Origin: a virus
Direction: 5' to 3' (one strand)
Virus record (IMG/VR): IMGVR_UViG_3300031578_000247
Span: 1 to 30,145 of that record
Length of the DNA stretch: 30,145 nucleotides
Shown: in pieces, positions 5,718-12,822 of the stretch
Position numbering within the stretch: position 1 is the first letter of the stretch
Layout: each line of letters starts with the position of its first letter
Notes under the pieces: generated by a model
What the model was told of the DNA's origin: nothing
The model's database searches: none
The model's input: the letters and a program-made list of their open reading frames with translations, nothing else
Program-made: the position numbers and the translations under genes

Positions 5718-6201
5718 AGAACTATCGAGTAACGAACACATTCAGCACTCACAAGAAACGGGAACGCAAGGCGAATACAATTTTATTCAAGCGTGTAAAA
5801 AAAACAAAATCGAATTTAAGAAATCTACCGCAAACGAGGATATATTTTCGCACGTGGACTTCTTTATTTACGGAAAAGGAATAGACGTTAAAGGCTATAA
5901 AAAAAGCCACTCCGAGGGGTTTATAGTTGTTGAGTTTAAGAACGTAAACGGGTACGCTGGTAGTTGCTCAAACGAATCTAACGCGGAATGGATAGCGTTT
6001 CAATTCGAGGAATGTTTTTGGATAGTACGAAAAGACGAACTATTAAGGTACTGCCGTAAAAACGTTAAAGTAGAAATGGTAAGCGAGTTTAAGGATTGTT
6101 ATAAGAAACTATACACCCGTAAAGACCGCAAAGACTTAATGACAAGGCTACATTTAAGCGACCTTAAAACCTTTAATTTTATTTGGAAGTTAAAGTTTTA
6201 G
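5698..6201 (+). CDS. Hypothetical protein with a possible PD-(D/E)xK nuclease core
   Basis: E..(GEYNFIQ), then HVDFF, then GIDVKGYKK, giving an E / D / (D/E)xK arrangement on predicted strand-helix elements. Motif-level only. Confidence 0.35.
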   Translation: MISNKAKELSSNEHIQHSQETGTQGEYNFIQACKKNKIEFKKSTANEDIFSHVDFFIYGKGIDVKGYKKSHSEGFIVVEFKNVNGYAGSCSNESNAEWIAFQFEECFWIVRKDELLRYCRKNVKVEMVSEFKDCYKKLYTRKDRKDLMTRLHLSDLKTFNFIWKLKF

Positions 6202-6242
6202 AATAATTTTAACATTTTTTAACAAATTAATTATATCGAAGT

Positions 6243-6273
6243 ATTGCTATTAAACTAATTACCTTTATATTTG
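6243..6273 (+). promoter_or_regulatory. Early promoter 2, Bacteroidota sigma-A type (-33 TTG at 6244-6246; -7 TAtaTTTG at 6266-6273)
   Basis: 19-nt spacer. The extended -7 TATATTTGTGTATA is nearly identical to promoter 1. It lies in a 94-nt AT-rich gap, with upstream phased TTTTAACA repeats at 6207 and 6217. Confidence 0.65.
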
Positions 6274-6295
6274 TGTATAATTAAAAACAAACGCT

Positions 6296-6613
6296 ATGAA
6301 AACAACAAATGAAATCTTAAAAATGACACATCAAGAATTGATTAATTCAAGTGATGAAATAAAACAAATGTATCGTGAAGCAAAAACAATGGAAAACTTA
6401 ACTAAAGCAACAAATTTAATTGCTCAGGGTTACAAGCACTTACAATTCCGACAAGGCGGATGTATTCAAAAAAAGAAAAATTCAAACGGTGAATTTTATG
6501 TAATTAAAAACGGGTACGGAACGGGAAAAGTAACAAACACTTTTTTAACATTAAAAGAATGTTTAATTGAATTACAAGGTTGCGGATGGGGAGAAATCGT
6601 AGAATATAAATAA
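6296..6613 (+). CDS. Early leader protein of cassette 2, 105 aa, hypothetical
   Basis: ORF track. Start context AACGCTATGAAAAC identical to gene 483-674. Followed immediately by the 35-nt element. Confidence 0.75.
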   Translation: MKTTNEILKMTHQELINSSDEIKQMYREAKTMENLTKATNLIAQGYKHLQFRQGGCIQKKKNSNGEFYVIKNGYGTGKVTNTFLTLKECLIELQGCGWGEIVEYK

Positions 6614-6646
6614 CAAAACAAGGGGTGCGACTTGGTAACGCACATT
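6612..6646 (+). promoter_or_regulatory. Copy 2 of the identical 35-nt hairpin element (nut/put-like candidate)
   Basis: 100% identical to 676-710. It overlaps the last 2 nt of the leader ORF stop, and the next ATG lies 14 nt downstream. Confidence 0.5.
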
Positions 6647-6659
6647 AATTTTATACGCT

Positions 6660-7187
6660 ATGAAACATTTATTTAAATCGTTGGCAGCCTTCCAACAGGA
6701 AGTACCCGTAATTCACAAGGGTACACAAGGCTTCGGGTATAGTTACGCAGATTTACCCGCTATCTTTGAAAAGATTAACCCACTACTAAAGAAACACGGA
6801 TTAGGGTTTACGCAGTTGTTAGACACTAAAGAAGGTGTCGACTATATTGCTACCGTTATTTTCCATATTGAAAGTGGCGAAACTTTAGAATCTAAAGTAG
6901 CCATTCCACAAGTTACGTTAAAAGGAATGAACGATTACCAATCATTCGGAAGCGGGGTTACTTACTTTAGAAGATACGCGCTTAGTTCCGCACTCGGATT
7001 AGTTACCGACAAAGACACGGACGCAAGTGGCGAACAAGTAAAACACGAACCAAAGAAACCTAATATCGACCAAAAGCGTTTAGGCAAAGCCTTAGAAGCA
7101 ATCGCAGAAGGTAAATACACTAAGGACGAACTACTGGCGAACTTTAGTTTAACTGATTCTCAAATCAAATTACTCGAAAACGTATGA
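6660..7187 (+). CDS. erf: ERF-family single-strand annealing recombinase
   Basis: FGYSYADLPAIFEKINPLLKKHGL...HIESGE...QSFGSGVTYFRRYALSSALGLVTDKDTDA matches the Erf family signature (Y.YA.L, sGe, G...TY.rRY, D.DdD). Confidence 0.85.
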   Translation: MKHLFKSLAAFQQEVPVIHKGTQGFGYSYADLPAIFEKINPLLKKHGLGFTQLLDTKEGVDYIATVIFHIESGETLESKVAIPQVTLKGMNDYQSFGSGVTYFRRYALSSALGLVTDKDTDASGEQVKHEPKKPNIDQKRLGKALEAIAEGKYTKDELLANFSLTDSQIKLLENV

Positions 7188-7855
7188 AAGTCCGATGTTC
7201 TCAAATTGGTAAGATAATGACTAACCCCCGCAAGACGGGGGAAGTCCTAAGCCAAACCGCAAAAACCTACGTTCAAGACCTTGTCTTAGAAGAAAAATAC
7301 GGAATCCGTAAAGAATTTAGTTCACGTTATACCGACAAGGGTAACGAAGTAGAAGACTTGTCGATAGCGTTAGTTAACGAGGTACTGAATTACAAGTTTA
7401 TCTATAAGAACGACGAACACTTTAACAACGAATGGGTAACGGGTACGCCCGACGTAAACACGGACGAAGTATTAATAGACGTTAAAAGCAGTTGGGACGC
7501 TTCTACGTTCCCGTTCTTCGAAACTGAGTTACCTAATAAAGATTACTTTTACCAACTTCAAGGGTATATGTGGCTTACTGGAAAAACGGAATCCGTGTTA
7601 GCTTATTGTTTGATCGACACCCCGTTAGAAATGGTAGAAGACGAAGTAAGACGAGCGCATTGGAAGTTACACTTAATCGAAGAAAACACGGAAGTAAGAA
7701 ACGAAATAGAATCTAAACACAAGTTCGGACATATACCAAACAACCGCAGAGTTAAATATTGGTTCGTTCAACGCGACGAATCCGTAATAGAAGCAATCAA
7801 AGAACGCGTGGAGCTATGCCGTGAATACTATAACTTATTAATGAAAACGATATGA
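7184..7855 (+). CDS. PD-(D/E)xK recombination exonuclease (lambda Exo / YqaJ / Cas4-like fold)
   Basis: GTPDV...LIDVKSSWD...YYQLQGYMWLTG gives the D, ExK-type and QxxxY motifs. It is ATGA-coupled to erf, the typical SSAP-exonuclease pairing. Confidence 0.6.
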   Translation: MKVRCSQIGKIMTNPRKTGEVLSQTAKTYVQDLVLEEKYGIRKEFSSRYTDKGNEVEDLSIALVNEVLNYKFIYKNDEHFNNEWVTGTPDVNTDEVLIDVKSSWDASTFPFFETELPNKDYFYQLQGYMWLTGKTESVLAYCLIDTPLEMVEDEVRRAHWKLHLIEENTEVRNEIESKHKFGHIPNNRRVKYWFVQRDESVIEAIKERVELCREYYNLLMKTI

Positions 7856-8133
7856 CACTTTTTAACTTAGACGAATTTTCGGAAGATTGGAAAAAACATT
7901 ATATAGGAATGCCCGAATATAATAACGTAAAACCTTTGCCACCCGAAATAACCGCTACTTTTAAGTTTAGAAATAAAGAAGATTTTGATAAATTTATGCA
8001 AGTAGTTAAAGAATTGTTATACGATAATAAAAGAGTATTTGACGGAAAACAAAAAAAGAACGAGTATTCTGCTTGGTTTCCTTTAGATTCAAGACCTTCG
8101 GAACATATTTATATAGTACAAAATGAAAAATAA
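7852..8133 (+). CDS. Hypothetical protein, 93 aa, coupled to the glycosyltransferase gene
   Basis: ORF track. Contains W..HYIGMPEY...ATFKFRNKEDFDKF...SAWFP. Overlaps the next gene by 11 nt. Visibly AT-richer than the flanks. Confidence 0.7.
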   Translation: MTLFNLDEFSEDWKKHYIGMPEYNNVKPLPPEITATFKFRNKEDFDKFMQVVKELLYDNKRVFDGKQKKNEYSAWFPLDSRPSEHIYIVQNEK

Positions 8134-8953
8134 ATACCCAATTTATGTACCGACAAAAGGAAGGTTTGAAAGTAGAAAAACCATAAAAGCCCTTTTGGAA
8201 ATAGGAGCAGAATTTAAGGCGGTTATTGAGCCACAAGAATACGATTTATACAAAACAATACTTGACGATAGTTATATTCTTGTTTTGCCATTTTCAAAAC
8301 CTACCGACCATTCAATGTTAGTAACCGTTAGAAATTGGATTAAAGAACATTCAATAAACGAAGGGCATAAAAGGCATTGGCAATTAGACGATAATATCAA
8401 GGCTTTTTATAGAATGAACAATAACAAACGAAATAAGGTATTATCTCCCGTTATATTTAGATGCGTAGAAGATTTTGTAGACAGGTACAAAAACGTAGCT
8501 ATGGCTGGATTAAACTATATGAATTACGCAATACCCGACGGAAGGCCACCATATTTTTTGAATAGTAGAGTTTATTCGATGAGTTTAGTAAACAATGAAC
8601 TACCTTACCAATGGCGTGGAATATATAATGACGATACCGATATATGCTTAAGGATGTTAAAAGACGGATATTGCACAATAAATTTTAACGCGTTTTCGGG
8701 GGATAAAGATGCCACTATGGTAACAAAAGGAGGAAATACCCCTATTTACACGACGGGAGATTTAAGAAGCAATTTTGTAGATAGTTTAATAGAACAACAC
8801 CCCGATGTAGTTAAAAAAGTATGGCGGTTTAATAGGTGGCATCACGAAGTAAATTACAAACCTTTTGCGAAAAATAAATTAATACTTAAACAAGGAATAC
8901 AAATAGAAAATAAAGTAAATGAATACGGAATGAAATTAATTAAAACAATATGA
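8123..8953 (+). CDS. Putative GT-A-fold glycosyltransferase (resembles phage DNA-base / TET-associated glycosyltransferases)
   Basis: N-terminal PIYVPTKGR strand-loop; DxD-like WQLDDNI; a second acidic cluster YNDDTDICLR. Family assignment is from memory of the TAGT/GREB1-like pattern and was not searched. Confidence 0.4.
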   Translation: MKNKYPIYVPTKGRFESRKTIKALLEIGAEFKAVIEPQEYDLYKTILDDSYILVLPFSKPTDHSMLVTVRNWIKEHSINEGHKRHWQLDDNIKAFYRMNNNKRNKVLSPVIFRCVEDFVDRYKNVAMAGLNYMNYAIPDGRPPYFLNSRVYSMSLVNNELPYQWRGIYNDDTDICLRMLKDGYCTINFNAFSGDKDATMVTKGGNTPIYTTGDLRSNFVDSLIEQHPDVVKKVWRFNRWHHEVNYKPFAKNKLILKQGIQIENKVNEYGMKLIKTI

Positions 8954-9165
8954 ACATAACACAAGAAAACGAGCCAATAAAACACGAAGACACTATTCTA
9001 GTTTCGGTAATGACAAAGTACCACGAACGGAGTAAACGCGGGATACGAAAATACGGAACGAACTTAGATAGAAAAGACGTTGATTTATTAGGGTGGTTAA
9101 ACCACTTACAAGAAGAACTAATGGACGCTACTTTATACATAGAAAAACTAAAGAAGGAAATATGA
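8950..9165 (+). CDS. Small all-alpha protein, possibly MazG-like NTP pyrophosphohydrolase fold
   Basis: ERSKRGIRKYG...LLGWLNHLQEELMDATLYIEKL has the kYG...W...L.EE..D..Y pattern. At 71 aa it is short for a full MazG. Confidence 0.3.
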   Translation: MNITQENEPIKHEDTILVSVMTKYHERSKRGIRKYGTNLDRKDVDLLGWLNHLQEELMDATLYIEKLKKEI

Positions 9166-9383
9166 AAGCAATACTTGAATTTAACTTACCCGAAGACGAA
9201 GCGGAACATTACTGTGCCATTAAAGGTACTGCAATGCTTAATGTTCTTTGGGAACTTCAACAAGAACTACGTAAGCTATACAAGTACGAAGAACTAAACG
9301 AAGACGAATATAAAATAGTTGAGCGGATGCGGAATTTTCTAAACGATAGCTTAAACGATCACGAAATAAACCTAGACAAATGA
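9162..9383 (+). CDS. Hypothetical protein, 73 aa (start trimmed from the track ORF 9093)
   Basis: The in-frame ATG at 9162 forms an ATGA overlap with the stop of the upstream gene. The 23 codons upstream are a basic shadow of the overlapping gene. Confidence 0.7.
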   Translation: MKAILEFNLPEDEAEHYCAIKGTAMLNVLWELQQELRKLYKYEELNEDEYKIVERMRNFLNDSLNDHEINLDK

Positions 9384-9628
9384 AGTACGGAATAATCTTT
9401 TTAAGCGCTTTAATAATCGAAATATGTTCTACGTTTTACATTAGATACGTTTCGGAAGCGAACACGTTAGGAATGTTATTCTTTGCGTTTATAGCGCCGT
9501 TCCTTGGTTTGCCCTTTGCGGGTTATATGGTAGAATCAAAACTTTGGAGCGAACGAATTAAAATGGCTTTCTCGTTAGCCTTTGGATATGTAACGGGAGT
9601 AATAATAGTAATAAATTTAATCAAATAA
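9380..9628 (+). CDS. Small integral membrane protein, 82 aa (about 3 TM helices)
   Basis: Three hydrophobic stretches: IIFLSALIIEICSTF, LGMLFFAFIAPFLGLPFAGYMV, AFSLAFGYVTGVIIVINLI. Confidence 0.75.
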   Translation: MKYGIIFLSALIIEICSTFYIRYVSEANTLGMLFFAFIAPFLGLPFAGYMVESKLWSERIKMAFSLAFGYVTGVIIVINLIK

Positions 9629-9631
9629 AAA

Positions 9632-9871
9632 ATGGAAACAAAAAACAACACGGGAGCAATCTTTAAGAACGACAAAAAGACGAAGGAAACGCAACCCGAC
9701 TACCGAGGTAAAGTAAACGTAAACGGAAAAGAAATGGAAATAGCGTTATGGCTTAAAGAATCTTCCAAAGGCACAAAGTATTTTTCGTGTTCATTTAGCG
9801 AGCCATATGTGAACGAAACACCGAAACAAGTTCACACCCAAGTAATAGAAAAAGACGATTTACCCTTTTAA
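9632..9871 (+). CDS. Hypothetical protein, 79 aa (possibly DUF736-like)
   Basis: GAIFKNDKKTKETQPDYRGKVNVNGKEMEIALWLKESSKGTKYFSCSF resembles the PDYR...aW.k.s.kG..Y.S pattern. Confidence 0.6.
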   Translation: METKNNTGAIFKNDKKTKETQPDYRGKVNVNGKEMEIALWLKESSKGTKYFSCSFSEPYVNETPKQVHTQVIEKDDLPF

Positions 9872-9873
9872 TT

Positions 9874-10083
9874 ATGTTTATAGACGATAACAGCCTACGG
9901 AAGGAGTTAAAAGAAATTCTTCTTACGAAAACACGAAACCAAATAGTAAAGGAAATAAAGTCCAAAGGCTTAAAGATGCACCAATATACAATAGACCGCT
10001 TTTTAAGTGGCGCACTAGTAAGCATAAAAACATTAAGAACTTTAGACGAATACGTTTACCGAACTCAAAAAGGTTTTAAGTAA
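9874..10083 (+). CDS. Hypothetical protein, 69 aa (possible small HTH)
   Basis: ORF track. Last gene before the terminator at 10090. Confidence 0.65.
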   Translation: MFIDDNSLRKELKEILLTKTRNQIVKEIKSKGLKMHQYTIDRFLSGALVSIKTLRTLDEYVYRTQKGFK

Positions 10084-10089
10084 AGAAAT

Positions 10090-10116
10090 ACCCCGCCGTA
10101 AAAAGTGGGGTTTTTT
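10090..10116 (+). terminator. Rho-independent terminator ending early cassette 2
   Basis: ACCCCGC (10090-10096) pairs with GTGGGGT (10105-10111), including one G-U pair, with an 8-nt loop, then a T-run to 10116. Confidence 0.75.
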
Positions 10117-10123
10117 GTAAAAT

Positions 10124-10153
10124 TTTGTGTTTAGAAATTAATCATTATATTTG
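10124..10153 (+). promoter_or_regulatory. Promoter 3, Bacteroidota sigma-A type (-33 TTTG at 10124-10127; -7 TAtaTTTG at 10146-10153), driving the sigma-factor gene
   Basis: Consensus match with an 18-nt spacer, located between the terminator and the start at 10170. Confidence 0.6.
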
Positions 10154-10169
10154 ACAACAAACTAAGCAA

Positions 10170-10703
10170 ATGGAATGGCTTAAAATAGTAGCAAAAGATC
10201 ACAAAGAATGGGTTAAACTCGTTCAAAGTTTTGGCGAGGATTTCTTTGCAGAAGACATCGTACAAGAATCTTACCTTAGATTACATAAGTATTGCAAACC
10301 CGAAAACATTATACAAGATGGACAAATTAACAAAGGTTTTATGTATTTTGTTCTACGCAATCTTTACTTATTACATATTAAGAGCGAAAAGAAGAACGCA
10401 ATGGTAAGCCTTAACGAGTTAGCGGTATTAAAAGACGAACCAAACAACCTAACTAAAGAAGAAGCCTATACAAGGTTACTGAGTAAGATACACGAAGAAG
10501 TTGATTCTTGGCACTGGTATGATAAACAACTATTCACGATCTACAAAGACACGGATTTATCAATAAGGGATATAGCAAAAGAAACCACGATTTCAAGTAG
10601 TTCAATTTTCAACACGTTAAAGAACTGCAAAAGCAAAGTAAGAACAAAGTTCAAAGAAGACTACGAGGACTACAAAAACGAAGATTACGAATTAATTAAA
10701 TAA
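10170..10703 (+). CDS. Phage-encoded sigma-70-family (ECF-like) sigma factor
   Basis: Region 2-like FAEDIVQESYLRLHKY...FMYFVLRNLYLLHIK. Region 4-like HTH LSIRDIAKETTISSSSIFNTLKNCKSKVR. Confidence 0.6.
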   Translation: MEWLKIVAKDHKEWVKLVQSFGEDFFAEDIVQESYLRLHKYCKPENIIQDGQINKGFMYFVLRNLYLLHIKSEKKNAMVSLNELAVLKDEPNNLTKEEAYTRLLSKIHEEVDSWHWYDKQLFTIYKDTDLSIRDIAKETTISSSSIFNTLKNCKSKVRTKFKEDYEDYKNEDYELIK

Positions 10704-10709
10704 ATAACT

Positions 10710-11102
10710 ATGGGACGACCAAGAAAAAAACAAGCCGAAGGATTAGGCGATACGGTAGAAAACATTTTAGAAACTACAGGAATAGCAAAAGTAGCCAAAT
10801 GGGTATTAGGCGAAGATTGCGGATGCGAAGAACGCAAACAAAAGTTAAACGACCTATGGCGCTATACTAAACCCGAATGCCTAACGGAAGACGAATACAC
10901 CTACTTAGACGAATTCTTTAAGAAGGGTAGAAATTCAGTTGCACCCAGTGAGCAAAGAGAATTATTAAAGATTTACAACCGAGTATTAAAACAAAGAATG
11001 CAACCGACTTCGTGCGGTAGTTGTCTACGGGAAGTAGTTAACAAATTGAACCAACTTTACGCCATATATAAAGACGAACAAGAAAATGGGAAGACCGAAT
11101 AA
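10710..11102 (+). CDS. Hypothetical Cys-containing protein with AT-hook-like N-terminus (MGRPRKKQ)
   Basis: ORF track. The GRP core is flanked by basic residues. Four Cys as CGC...CGSC suggest a possible zinc site. Confidence 0.65.
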   Translation: MGRPRKKQAEGLGDTVENILETTGIAKVAKWVLGEDCGCEERKQKLNDLWRYTKPECLTEDEYTYLDEFFKKGRNSVAPSEQRELLKIYNRVLKQRMQPTSCGSCLREVVNKLNQLYAIYKDEQENGKTE

Positions 11103-11526
11103 AATACATAGTCCCGAACACCTTTGGGAACTATTTACCGACTATAAAAGCCAAGTAAAAAACAACCCTATCTTAAAACACACTTTCGTAGGTAAGGAAG
11201 GAAGAAGCGAATACAGCGAACTCGAACGACCTTTAACCATAGAAGGCTTCGAATGTTATTGCGCGGATTTAGGAATAATACAAGACCTATCTAATTATTT
11301 TGCTAATTCGAATAATAGATATAAACGCTTTTCAACTATCACTACGCGCATACGTAAAGAAGTACGCAACGACCAAATTGGTGGAGGTATGGCGGGAATC
11401 TATAACCCAAGCATAACCGCACGACTAAACAACTTAGTAGAGAAAAAAGAAATTACCAACGTAGAGCAACCACTATTCCCCGATGTTCAAGAAGACAACG
11501 GCAATCAAGAAGATTCTGAATCTTAA
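11086..11526 (+). CDS. terS: Terminase small subunit
   Basis: MGRPNKIHSPEHLWELFTDY...PLTIEGFECYCADLGI...IRKEVRNDQIGGGMAGIYNPSITARLNNL fits the small-terminase pattern (GRP.., P.T..Gf...lgi, g..n..ia.f.LkN). It sits directly upstream of TerL. Confidence 0.7.
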   Translation: MGRPNKIHSPEHLWELFTDYKSQVKNNPILKHTFVGKEGRSEYSELERPLTIEGFECYCADLGIIQDLSNYFANSNNRYKRFSTITTRIRKEVRNDQIGGGMAGIYNPSITARLNNLVEKKEITNVEQPLFPDVQEDNGNQEDSES

Positions 11527-12643
11527 AAAACGTGTTAAGATTATTCAGGGCGGAACTTCAGCGGGTAAGACGTTCGGAATAATACCCGTATTAATTGATA
11601 AGGCCGCACGAAACGAAGGAATCGAAATAAGCGTAGTTGCCGAAACTATCCCGCATTTAAGAAGGGGAGCGCTCAAAGATTTCTTAAAGATAATGAAATG
11701 GACGGGACGTTTTTTCGAAGATAGGTTTAACAAGTCTCTTTTACGTTATGAGTTCGCCAACGGAAGCGTAATAGAATTCTTTTCCGCAGATGATTCGAGT
11801 AAACTACGGGGAGCAAGGCGCGACATTCTTTATATCAACGAATGCAATAATGTAACGTTTGATTCTTACAACGAGTTAGCTATTCGAACACGAAAAGAAG
11901 TTTATTTAGATTTCAACCCCGCCCAAGAATTTTGGGTGCATAAGGAATTAAAAGACGAACCCGACTCGGATTTTCTTATTTTAACATACAAGGATAACGA
12001 AGCCTTAGACCAATCCATTATAGACCAAATAGAAAAGAACAAAGAAAAGGCGAAGACAAGTTCTTATTGGGCTAATTGGTGGAAGGTTTACGGCGAAGGT
12101 CAATTAGGAATGTTAGAGGGCGTTGTTTTCTCAAATTGGAAAACAATAGACACGATACCAAAAGAAGCGAAGTTGTTAGGAATAGGGTTGGACTTTGGTT
12201 ACACGAACGATCCGACTGCGATAATAGAAATATACAATTACAACGGGCAACGAATAGTTAACGAATTAGCTTACCAAACGGGGTTACTTAATAGCGACAT
12301 CGCAAAACTCCTACCAAAACACGTACCCGTATACGCGGATTCTTCCGAACCGAAATCAATAGACGAAATAAAACGCTTCGGGGTAACGATTAAAGGAGTA
12401 ACCAAAGGTAAGGATTCAATAAACTACGGAATAGACGTAATTCAGCGTAACGAATACTTAGTTACTGCGAATAGTCAAAACCTAATTAAAGAACTACGCT
12501 CGTACGTTTGGGACACGGACAAGCAAGGAAACCGCTTAAACAAGCCAATAGATTTTAATAACCACGCTATCGATGCGTTTAGATACCACGAAATGGAAAC
12601 GCTCGGAATAGGCTCAAACTACGGAAGCTATGCAATACGATAA
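11483..12643 (+). CDS. terL: Terminase large subunit (PBSX/Terminase_3-like)
   Basis: Walker A IIQGGTSAGKTF, Walker B-like DILYINE, and a C-terminal nuclease region with GLDFGYTNDPTA and NHAIDAFRY. Confidence 0.9.
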   Translation: MFKKTTAIKKILNLKKRVKIIQGGTSAGKTFGIIPVLIDKAARNEGIEISVVAETIPHLRRGALKDFLKIMKWTGRFFEDRFNKSLLRYEFANGSVIEFFSADDSSKLRGARRDILYINECNNVTFDSYNELAIRTRKEVYLDFNPAQEFWVHKELKDEPDSDFLILTYKDNEALDQSIIDQIEKNKEKAKTSSYWANWWKVYGEGQLGMLEGVVFSNWKTIDTIPKEAKLLGIGLDFGYTNDPTAIIEIYNYNGQRIVNELAYQTGLLNSDIAKLLPKHVPVYADSSEPKSIDEIKRFGVTIKGVTKGKDSINYGIDVIQRNEYLVTANSQNLIKELRSYVWDTDKQGNRLNKPIDFNNHAIDAFRYHEMETLGIGSNYGSYAIR

Positions 12644-12812
12644 AACGAACGATATGCAAGTAATGATTTCTCGCGTAGAACAATACATACACGAGCGTAC
12701 TGGCAAACGGGTTAGAATAGTGTTTAACAATATGCCACGTTTTACGGCTCACTTCGATATGCTAATTAAGGCACACGAGTACGTCGTGAATTACAAAAAC
12801 ACGAATAAATAG
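12630..12812 (+). CDS. Hypothetical protein, 60 aa
   Basis: ORF track. Overlaps the TerL stop by 14 nt. Confidence 0.6.
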   Translation: MQYDKTNDMQVMISRVEQYIHERTGKRVRIVFNNMPRFTAHFDMLIKAHEYVVNYKNTNK

Positions 12813-12822
12813 TTTAATAAAT

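Noticed and set aside
5698-6201. Candidate TET/JBP dioxygenase (HVD could be an HxD motif) to pair with the methyltransferase and glycosyltransferase
   Set aside because: At 167 aa it is too short for a double-stranded beta-helix dioxygenase. No distal His or Arg motif is evident. The E / D / DxK spacing fits a PD-(D/E)xK nuclease better.
9093-9161. The upstream 23 codons of track ORF 9093-9383
   Set aside because: This stretch overlaps gene 8950-9165 in another frame and is basic shadow sequence. The ATG at 9162 gives the ATGA coupling pattern seen genome-wide.
12076-12261. Internal alternative-frame + strand ORFs (12076-12261 and 16177-16368)
   Set aside because: They are embedded in TerL and in the 782-aa tail protein, are Arg-rich, and have no independent support.
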